NCBI GenBank assembly: GCA_964447285.1
Contig: CAYURO010000001.1
Span: 1,010 to 65,009, forward strand
Source: an uncultured Enterobacteriaceae bacterium
Lineage (GTDB): Bacteria; Myxococcota_A; UBA9042
Reading direction: 5' to 3'
Length of the DNA stretch: 64,000 nt
The notes under the pieces are model-generated. The model made no database searches and was not told the origin of the DNA. It worked only from the letters and a program-made list of their open reading frames with translations. Each line of letters opens with the position of its first letter. Positions within the stretch are counted from its first letter, which is position 1. Made by a program: the position numbers and the translations under genes. Below are positions 39,153 through 46,760 of the stretch, in pieces.

Positions 39153-41405
39153 TTAAGGGGCGGGGGCGGTGGTCCGCGGGCGGATCAACTCGAAGTAGCG
39201 GCGGACGGTGGCACGGCGACCCGGGGGCAGTTCCTCTGCGTCCAGCATCTGTTCGGCGACTTCGCTGTACTCGGCGTAAACGTCGCGCCAGCTCTGCTGC
39301 GAGAACCCCTTGCGCGCGGCGTCGACAAACGTCTGCTTGACGTCGGGGCCGTCGCCTTTCTGGCCGGTCAGCTTCTCGCGCTTGCCGCCCGCGATGCGAT
39401 CTTGCGACGGGTCCTCGCGATTGTCGCCGCGACCGGTGCCGGGACTGTCGGCAACCTTGGACGACTCCTCAGGTTCTCCGTCGTCGGCCTGGCCCTTCTG
39501 CTCGTAGCCCTCGCGCAGCAGCTCGATGCGGCTCTTGCCCTCGAGCTTGCCCTTGCCGAGCTGCATGCCCTTGTCCTTGCCGTCTTCGCCCTTGTCGCCA
39601 CCCGGGGGCTGCGGGGCGGCAGGCTTGCCGGGCTCGCGCTTGGTCAGACGGGACTTGTTGCCGCCTTCGCCCTTTTCGTCTTTGTCGCCTTCGCTTGGCT
39701 TCTCGGCGCGGGCCTTGCGTTCGAAGTCGCGTCGGGAATCATCTGATTCTCCAGCACGTTCAAGGGCTTCACGAATCTCTTTGAGTCGCGCCTCGCCGAT
39801 GCGCTGCGCCTGTCGGCCTTGCTGGTCTTGGCTCTCGCGACGCAGCTCTTCGGCCGCGACACGTGCCTGAGCCTTGGTCGCTGCCGCGCGGGCCTTGGCG
39901 TCTTCCGCCGCCTTCTTGTCGCGCTCGGCCTTGTCGCCGCCCTTCTGTCCCAGCCGACTCTGCTCTTGCTGGCGTCGCAGCTCGTCGGCCGCCGCCCGCG
40001 CGCCCCGCTCCAGCCGTTCGACCTCGTGTTCGGCTGCCAGTGCATCGCCGTTGTCGCGCTTGAGCTGCTCCAGATCGTGCCGTGCTTGCTTCAGTCGCTC
40101 CTGATCTGCCTTGCCGAGGCCGCCTTGGGCCGCCCGCTTCTTCTGCAGGCGGTCCACCTGATCCGCCAGCTTCTTCATCGACTCGGGGACCTTGCGGTCC
40201 TTCAGCTTGTCGGCGAATTTCTCCAGCGTCTTCATCCACTTCTCAACCTCGGCGTCCGACCAGTCGCGATCCGCCAGCTTTTCAGCCAGCTTCGCCAGGG
40301 CGTCCAGATCCTGCTCTTTCACGGCCTTCTCGACGGCCTTGCGGTCCTCCGCGTTCGGCAGTTCCTTGCCCGCTGCAGCCGCCGCTTCCAGCACCGCATT
40401 GCGTACCGCCTGATCCTTGCGCTGTTGCGCCGTGTCGGCTGTCTCGCCGGTCGGATTCTCCGGCGTCCGGGTTGGGTCGGTGGCTGCCGGGTCGACTGGC
40501 TTGTCCGGCCGATTCGCTTCCAGTTCTGCGAGCTTGTCGAGCGCCTGCCGCTTGTCCAATCGACCGTCGGCAACGCCCTCCGCCACCTCGCGCACTTGAC
40601 GCAGCCACTCCTTGGTGTCGGCGTCCTCGACCTGCGCCTCGACCTCGGCCAGTAGCTGGATGTCGGCCCCCAGCAGCGAGACCATGTCCTTGCCCAGCAG
40701 GTCCGCAGCTGTCGCAAACCCGACCGGCAGCGCGGGCAGTCGCACGTCCACGGCTTGAGCGGGCTGCGGTCCCAGCCACTGCGCACGCGCGTCCCACGGC
40801 AGCGGGGTCCACATGCCTGCGGCAAAGACCAGCAGTGCTGCCAGCGCCCATGGCCAAGCAGCCGGGCGTCGCCAGGGAAACAGCGCCGGGACGTCCACTT
40901 GCGCCGAAAAGCGAGTTGCGGCGGCGGCTTGTGCGAGTGCCCAGCCGTCAGAGCGGTGCTCGTGCGCGAGCCACAGCGCGGTCGTCAAGCGGTCCTGACC
41001 GTGGGCGGCGCGGTCGGTCGTACGCGCCGCCTGCAGCCACGTCGGACGTCCCAAGAGAGCGACGAACAGGATGATCAGGGTGAAGAGCGCGAACCCCGAC
41101 CATACCCAGATGTCGACGTCCGCCTGTACGGCTCCCAACCGCGCGGTCAGCGTCCAAGCACCCAATGCGGCCAGGGGCACGGCCATACCGGACATCAGCC
41201 GCGCGAATGTGCGTTGCAGCCACAAACGACGTCGGGCGCGGCCGACGACAGCCAGCACCGCTTCGACCTGGGCGCGCACTTGCGAGGGCAGGCGGCCAGG
41301 CCGGAACACCGGTGGTGTGGGGTTGGCAGCGGGAGTGGGGGTGCGAAGGGTCTTCACGCCTTGCGATCCTGCGCGGGCTTTGGGCGTCGACGTCCCGCAC
41401 GGCAC
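39153..41405 (-). CDS. Membrane-anchored protein with a very long charged (K/E/R/D/A-rich) coiled-coil region; the first gene of the MoxR operon.
   Basis: ORF 39153..41405. The true start is uncertain (possibly MSGMAVPLAALGAWTLTA at about 41195). It has 3-4 N-terminal TM helices followed by about 450 aa of low-complexity charged helix. Confidence 0.5.
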   Translation of the reverse strand: MPCGTSTPKARAGSQGVKTLRTPTPAANPTPPVFRPGRLPSQVRAQVEAVLAVVGRARRRLWLQRTFARLMSGMAVPLAALGAWTLTARLGAVQADVDIWVWSGFALFTLIILFVALLGRPTWLQAARTTDRAAHGQDRLTTALWLAHEHRSDGWALAQAAAATRFSAQVDVPALFPWRRPAAWPWALAALLVFAAGMWTPLPWDARAQWLGPQPAQAVDVRLPALPVGFATAADLLGKDMVSLLGADIQLLAEVEAQVEDADTKEWLRQVREVAEGVADGRLDKRQALDKLAELEANRPDKPVDPAATDPTRTPENPTGETADTAQQRKDQAVRNAVLEAAAAAGKELPNAEDRKAVEKAVKEQDLDALAKLAEKLADRDWSDAEVEKWMKTLEKFADKLKDRKVPESMKKLADQVDRLQKKRAAQGGLGKADQERLKQARHDLEQLKRDNGDALAAEHEVERLERGARAAADELRRQQEQSRLGQKGGDKAERDKKAAEDAKARAAATKAQARVAAEELRRESQDQQGRQAQRIGEARLKEIREALERAGESDDSRRDFERKARAEKPSEGDKDEKGEGGNKSRLTKREPGKPAAPQPPGGDKGEDGKDKGMQLGKGKLEGKSRIELLREGYEQKGQADDGEPEESSKVADSPGTGRGDNREDPSQDRIAGGKREKLTGQKGDGPDVKQTFVDAARKGFSQQSWRDVYAEYSEVAEQMLDAEELPPGRRATVRRYFELIRPRTTAPAP

Positions 41406-41544
41406 GGGACTTGAGGTCGCAGCGCCGGAGGCTGGCGACAGCGATTCCGACGCCCGAGGAGCGGAGAGGATTCAGCCCGAACCGGCGCGCTGCGTCAAAC
41501 CGTGGGCCGGATCCTCCGCGAGAAGACGCGGGTTCCGCTCGCGG

Positions 41545-44484
41545 TCACTTGGCCCGATGGTGTCGCTTGGTGGTCTTGGGGCGGGCCGCTTTGGCCTTGG
41601 CAGTCGGCCGGGCCTTGGCGACGGACTTGCCGCCCTTGGTCGCTGTACGGACGGTCGCGCCGGAAGATGAGGATGACTTCCCTTTCACAGTCGAGGACTT
41701 GCCCTTGACACTGACCTTGGGCTTTGCCGCCGCATTGGCCTTTGCGAGCGGCTTGGGTGCAGTGACGCCTTTCGACGGCGCGGCAGCCTTGGTCGTTGCC
41801 GCCGCGTTTTTCTTCCCGGCGGGTGGCGGGGCAGGTGACGCAGGGACAGTCAGCGCGCGATTGGCGGGAGCCGCACTTGCCGCTTCCGGAGTTGGACCGG
41901 CGGCCGGGACTTCCTCGACGGCGGACGATGCGGGCTCCGTCGGCGGCTCTTCGGACGTCGGCACCGGCTTCTGCGTCAGACCAAACATGTGCAGCGGCGT
42001 GCCGTCGTACAAGTTGCGATAGGCGGCGATGTTCGAGAGGACGCGCTTGGCGTAGTCGCGGGTTTCGCGGAAGGGAATCGCCTCGACGTACAGGTCCAAG
42101 GGCCACTGCCCGCGCACCTTGCGCCAGCGCCCCACCGCGCCACCGCCTGCGTTGTAGCCGGCCGCCATCTGCGCCTCGCGCTCAAAGCGGTCGAGCAGTC
42201 GCTTGAGGTAGCGCGCGCCCAAGCGCACGTTGACCGCAGGCTGGCGCAGTGTCTGGGCATCGGCCACAAGGCCCAACGGCTTGGCCATCTCCTTGGCGGT
42301 CGGCAGAATCAACTGCAGCAGGCCGATCGCCGCCGCGTTCGACTCGACGCGCGGGTTGAAGCCGCTCTCCGCCCGGGCGATCGCATAGATGATCGACGGG
42401 TGCAGGCCGAATTCGCGGGCGGCGCCATCCATCAGCGTGCGAAAAGCGCGTGGATACGAGGTCTTCCATGCCTGTCGGTTGCCGTCGTGCGGGTAGGTCA
42501 GCGAGTACCGCCGCAGCGTGTCGCGGCCCATCAGGTGCGACGAGACCCAGCGACCAGCCTCATCGTCCAGCGCCGCCCTGGTCCACAATCCACCTGGATC
42601 GCCCGCTGCCCAGCGCACTTCGGGTCCTGTGACACGACCCACCCCCAGCGCATCCAGCTCGTCGCCCGCCTCTTCGTTCCAGCCCAGCTGGCCCAGCAGC
42701 CGGGCCCGCTGCACGCCCTGCTTGGCGCGAAGCTGCGCGTCGAGCACCGGCCCCGTCGGTTCGCCTGACGTGGGCGCGATCACGGTTTGCAACGCGGCCT
42801 TCTCTATCGGCAAACCCACAGCGTCGAGCCATGCGTAGGACTGCGCGGCGAAGTACGTCAGCGGATGGCGTTGAACCACACGCAGCCAGCGCTTGCGGGC
42901 CTCGTCGCGCCGGCCCATCGCCTCCAGTGCGCGGGCGGCGAAGTAATCGGCGCGGCCTCGGGCCCAGTCCCGGTCATCGAAGCGCACGCTTGAGTCGCTG
43001 CGGGAGTCGGTCGGGGGCGGGTCGCTGTCGCGCACCTGTGCCAGGCGGTCCAACAACGTCAGCGCCTCCGTCCACCGCGAGCTGACCAGATGATCCATGG
43101 CGATCAGCCAGATCGTCACGTCGAAGATATCCTTCTCCGCATAGTCGCGCGCGGCGATCGGGCCGAACTTCGCCAGCAGTGCGCCTGCTTCGGGGTTCGT
43201 CTTCCATATGTCCAGCACGGTGTGGGCATCGTCGCCGTCCAGACCGGTCAGTCCTTGCTCCAGCGCCCGCTCGAGGTGGGCCTTGCCCTCCGGGTTGCCA
43301 GACAACAACAGCGCGCGGCCCACGCGGAAGGCCAGATCCCCCGCGTCCAGCCCGCCGTCCTCGACCTGCAGCGCGCGCACCTCAGGGTCGGTGTCGCAGG
43401 CGGGCGGCATGGTGTCGTACAGCGCAAGTGCCTTGTCGAATGCAGGTTTACGGTCCCACGTGCGCGCGGCCCACGAGCGCGCGTGGCACTGCACCGCCAG
43501 CGAGACCCCCGGCGTGTCGGCAAGCGCCGTAAGGGCAGGTGTCGCACGCGCATACCGTCGCCGCTGTGCGGTATAGACCAGGGCCTCGAGCACTGCAGGA
43601 CCATCCTGAGGGCGGCGCTTCAGCCGGTCCTTCCAGGTCTGGTCGGTCGAGCCGATCAGCAGGTCGACCGCCTCTTCGGCTTGAGACGTCTTGACGGACT
43701 GGGTCACGAGCGAACGGGCGATCGCGATGCCCTCGTCTTCACGTCCCCGCGAGATCAGCGTGCGCATCCGCTCGATCTGCGCCCGCCGCCATAGAGAACT
43801 GCCTGTTTCCGTCGGCAACGTCTCCAGCTCGGTCCATGCACCAGAGGGGTTGCCGGTGCGACGCAGAGCCCGAACACGCAACAGACGGATCCCCGGCTCG
43901 TCACGGCCGTTTGCGAGCGAAAGTACAAGCGAAGGCAGCCCCTGGTCGTCGGCGCGCGCGGCCAGCCACCGCACAGCGTTGGGACCCAGTGAGGGATGCG
44001 CGGTGGCGATACGCGCGGCCTCGATGGCCCCGGTCTTGTTGCCCTGGGTCTGACGGACTGCGGCGAGGAAGAACGCAAAAGTAACGCGTTCTTCTGCCTG
44101 TTCCGGGTCCGCGGATAGGGTCTTCCACGCCTGCTCGGCCAAGGGGGCCGCCTCGGACATGCGGCCCTCCCGCTGCAGTTCCCAAGCCTTCAGCGCATCG
44201 GCCTCGTGGAACGGCGCGGGCAGCTCGCCCAACGGCGCGTCGAGCGAGAGCGGAGCGGGCGACTGTGGCACGCGGTCGCGGTCAAACGTCCAGTCGGCAG
44301 GTAGATCCGGTACGCCGGGCACGAGACCCAACGCGGCCAGCAGCGGCTGCAGAGGCGAGAGGGGACCGTCTGGACGAGTGGCGCGCTGCAGTCCGTCGCA
44401 CGAGATCGCGGCGACGACGAGCACGCCCATCAGCGCGACGACAGCCAGAGAGCGACGGCGAGCGGGAATCGCAAAGCCGAGCAC
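41545..44484 (-). CDS. Slt70-like lytic murein transglycosylase lipoprotein with a C-terminal Lys/Ala-rich histone-H1-like tail.
   Basis: ORF 41545..44808, trimmed to the GTG at about 44484, which gives (M)LGFAIPARRRSLAVVALMGVLVVAAISC. It has a superhelical N-terminal domain and an SLT catalytic motif (AIARAESGFNPRVESNAAAIGLLQL...AGYNAGGGAV). The last ~110 aa are a KAAK/PKAK repeat tail. Confidence 0.7.
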   Translation of the reverse strand: MLGFAIPARRRSLAVVALMGVLVVAAISCDGLQRATRPDGPLSPLQPLLAALGLVPGVPDLPADWTFDRDRVPQSPAPLSLDAPLGELPAPFHEADALKAWELQREGRMSEAAPLAEQAWKTLSADPEQAEERVTFAFFLAAVRQTQGNKTGAIEAARIATAHPSLGPNAVRWLAARADDQGLPSLVLSLANGRDEPGIRLLRVRALRRTGNPSGAWTELETLPTETGSSLWRRAQIERMRTLISRGREDEGIAIARSLVTQSVKTSQAEEAVDLLIGSTDQTWKDRLKRRPQDGPAVLEALVYTAQRRRYARATPALTALADTPGVSLAVQCHARSWAARTWDRKPAFDKALALYDTMPPACDTDPEVRALQVEDGGLDAGDLAFRVGRALLLSGNPEGKAHLERALEQGLTGLDGDDAHTVLDIWKTNPEAGALLAKFGPIAARDYAEKDIFDVTIWLIAMDHLVSSRWTEALTLLDRLAQVRDSDPPPTDSRSDSSVRFDDRDWARGRADYFAARALEAMGRRDEARKRWLRVVQRHPLTYFAAQSYAWLDAVGLPIEKAALQTVIAPTSGEPTGPVLDAQLRAKQGVQRARLLGQLGWNEEAGDELDALGVGRVTGPEVRWAAGDPGGLWTRAALDDEAGRWVSSHLMGRDTLRRYSLTYPHDGNRQAWKTSYPRAFRTLMDGAAREFGLHPSIIYAIARAESGFNPRVESNAAAIGLLQLILPTAKEMAKPLGLVADAQTLRQPAVNVRLGARYLKRLLDRFEREAQMAAGYNAGGGAVGRWRKVRGQWPLDLYVEAIPFRETRDYAKRVLSNIAAYRNLYDGTPLHMFGLTQKPVPTSEEPPTEPASSAVEEVPAAGPTPEAASAAPANRALTVPASPAPPPAGKKNAAATTKAAAPSKGVTAPKPLAKANAAAKPKVSVKGKSSTVKGKSSSSSGATVRTATKGGKSVAKARPTAKAKAARPKTTKRHHRAK

Positions 44485-44506
44485 GTCCCGAACCTGGTCG
44501 GCAGAA

Positions 44507-44695
44507 TCAGCGGATCGTGGGCAGGCTGACCTTCTCACCCAGAGCAGCCTCGAGCTTCTTCTCGGACTGAATGCGCTGGGCGCGGGCCTGTTCACGCTTA
44601 CGGCCCTGACCGGCAGAGGTCTTCTTGGCCTTGCGGATGCGGTCGGTGCTGTGGGTAGGGGAAGACATGGGGAGCTCCACGGGTCGAACGGCCAA
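44507..44695 (-). CDS. Candidate small basic protein (53-62 aa, K/R/Q-rich, predicted helical).
   Basis: ORF 44507..44695 (an internal ATG gives MSSPTHSTDRIRKAKK...). Its GC3 codon usage is genome-typical (cgc/aag/gcc). No family was recognised. It lies in a different frame from, and upstream of, the SLT start. Confidence 0.3.
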   Translation of the reverse strand: MAVRPVELPMSSPTHSTDRIRKAKKTSAGQGRKREQARAQRIQSEKKLEAALGEKVSLPTIR

Positions 44696-44839
44696 ACGGG
44701 CGCGAAAGGATGCCCCTTCGACGGCCGGTAGTCAAGGATGGTCGTGGTGTCGTCCCGAGGGGGAAACCAGGGCCAGCAGGGAGAGGTGCGGATGGCGGCG
44801 AAAGTCAACCGAACCTCGCGGCCCCGAGGTCGGGGGCGG

Positions 44840-45178
44840 TCACATGCGGCGCAGTCGCTCGATGATCGCGTCGCGGCGGTCCGTGTCGACCTCAGCCTGG
44901 ACGGCGCCGAGCGCGCGACGGGTCATGGCCTCGAGTTGGATGCGGGCTTCGGCGTGATCGTCGCCGCGCATCTCGAGGGGAGCAGAGGCGTCGATGGCGA
45001 TGCCGTAACGCATCCGCAACACCTGTTCCTCCTGGGCGGTTAGATCCGCACGCCGCAGGGCCACATCGGCCTCTACCTTGGTGCGGACCTCGACCGTGGT
45101 CTTGGTCTTGCTCACGGGCAACTCCAACGCGTCGAAGGACGCAAGCCGGTCCAAGGGCCCCCGAGCAAAGGGAGCCAA
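44840..45178 (-). CDS. Standalone sigma-70 region-4-like mini-protein (112 aa).
   Basis: ORF 44840..45178 (TTG start). The segment VEADVALRRADLTAQEEQVLRMRYGI resembles RpoD region 4.1/4.2 (…LTAREAKVLRMRFGI). The downstream recognition helix is degenerate (HAEARIQLEAMTRRAL). Confidence 0.4.
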   Translation of the reverse strand: MAPFARGPLDRLASFDALELPVSKTKTTVEVRTKVEADVALRRADLTAQEEQVLRMRYGIAIDASAPLEMRGDDHAEARIQLEAMTRRALGAVQAEVDTDRRDAIIERLRRM

Positions 45179-45319
45179 CCGACAGGTTCAGACTAGCGGA
45201 TCTCGATCGCTTGGCAATTTTTTTTGTAGGCCGCACGCGATCTTGCGTCAGTTGGCCGGGGATTACAGGCCCCAAGCAGCCGACCTTACGGCGTTCCCGG
45301 ACCAGCGGTTGACGGAGCG

Positions 45320-46678
45320 CTACGCATCGCCCGGACGCTGCAGATCGAGCTTCTTGATCAGGTACTCGAGCGATTTGCGGTGCAACCCCGTCGCCCGCGC
45401 CGCCGCCGAGATGTTCCACTGGTGCGCGTCGAGCGCCCTTTGCCAGTATGCGCGCTCGAACGCATCCACCAGCCGCGCCTTGGCGTCCTTGAACGGCAGG
45501 TCGTAGTCCACGTCCAGACCCTGACCTCGGAATTCTCGGCCCGGCAGGTCCAGGCCCGCGTCCAGATGTACCTGCAGTTCCTTGCCATCCGACAGCACGG
45601 CCGCCCGTTCGATATGGTTGCGCAATTCGCGCACATTGCCGGGCCAGGGATAGGCCTGCAGCTGCCGCATCGTCTCAAACGACACGCTCAGTACGCCTGC
45701 ACGGGGGTTGCGGGACTGCAGCTCTGCCAGAAAGTGGTTGACCAGCAAGGGGATGTCGGCGTTGCGGCGTCGCAAGGGCGGCAGGTTCACGCGGATGACG
45801 GCCAGCCGGTAGTACAGGTCCTCGCGGAACGTACCCTCGCGCACCATCTGGGCCAGATCGCGGTTGGTAGCGGCCACGATGCGGACATCGACGGCTACGC
45901 GTTCGTTGGCCCCCACGGGCTTGATCTCACGTTTTTCCAGTGCTCTCAGGAGCTTGGGCTGCAGGTCCAGATCCAGTTCGCCGATTTCGTCCAGAAACAG
46001 CGTGCCACCGTGGGCTTCCGCCAGCGCGCCCTTGCGGGTGGCCACCGCTCCCGTAAAGGTACCGCGGACGTGGCCGAACAGCTCGCTCTCGACGAGGTCG
46101 CGCTGCACGGCGGAGCAGTCAAAGATGACGAACGGCCCTTGAGCGCGGCGCGAGTGCCCGTGGATGGCCTCGGCCACCAATTCCTTGCCCGTTCCGGACT
46201 CGCCCTCGACCAGCATGGTGCTGTCGGATGGTGCGGCGCGGGCGAGAAGAGCAAAGATCTCGCGCATCTCGGACGACTGACCCTGCAGTGCCCCGAACTG
46301 GGGATCGAGCGCGAGAGCGACCTCGTGCAGTTCCGGCAGCTGGTCGAACGAGAGCTCGGTCTGGCCCAAGCGCAACGTCGCGTGCGGCCCGAGGATCGCC
46401 TCGCACAGACGGGCGCCGGCGAACCAAGTCCCGTTCTTGGACTCGAGGTCGCGAATGCGATAGCCGGTGCGTTCTCCCTCGATCTTCAGGTGGTTGCGTG
46501 ACACCGAGGCGTCGTCGAGCACCAGATCGTTATCGGGAGCCGAGCCGATGTAGACCAGACGCCTATCGAACACACGCTCAAGCCCTGCATTCGGGCCACC
46601 GGTGACGCGCAGACGGTACTTCGGCAGCGTGTAGCGGTCGGCGAAGGCGGCAGAGGTAAGGGTGCGGGTCGCGTGCAT
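45320..46678 (-). CDS. Sigma54-dependent transcriptional activator with an N-terminal FHA domain (FHA-AAA+-HTH enhancer-binding protein).
   Basis: ORF 45320..46786, trimmed to the ATG at 46678 (MHATRTLT). It has an FHA domain (YIGSAPDNDLVLDDASVSRNHLKI), Walker A GESGTGKE, the GTFTGA (GAFTGA-like) loop, ESELFGH and a C-terminal Fis-type HTH. Confidence 0.85.
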   Translation of the reverse strand: MHATRTLTSAAFADRYTLPKYRLRVTGGPNAGLERVFDRRLVYIGSAPDNDLVLDDASVSRNHLKIEGERTGYRIRDLESKNGTWFAGARLCEAILGPHATLRLGQTELSFDQLPELHEVALALDPQFGALQGQSSEMREIFALLARAAPSDSTMLVEGESGTGKELVAEAIHGHSRRAQGPFVIFDCSAVQRDLVESELFGHVRGTFTGAVATRKGALAEAHGGTLFLDEIGELDLDLQPKLLRALEKREIKPVGANERVAVDVRIVAATNRDLAQMVREGTFREDLYYRLAVIRVNLPPLRRRNADIPLLVNHFLAELQSRNPRAGVLSVSFETMRQLQAYPWPGNVRELRNHIERAAVLSDGKELQVHLDAGLDLPGREFRGQGLDVDYDLPFKDAKARLVDAFERAYWQRALDAHQWNISAAARATGLHRKSLEYLIKKLDLQRPGDA

Positions 46679-46760
46679 GGCGGCGCACCTTACCTGCTCC
46701 GCTTCGGGCTGTGAACCCCGACCTGCGGCCGGCAGGTGCCGAACGGCGAAACCCGATGCG

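Noticed and set aside
45211-45226. TTGGCAA followed by a T8 run, considered as a sigma54 -24-like element or an intrinsic terminator.
   Set aside because: The GG-N10-GC spacing is not met (TTTG instead of TTGC at -12). There is no convincing upstream hairpin, and the T-run is on the non-transcribed strand relative to both flanking genes. It remains an odd AT tract in a promoter gap but is unassigned.
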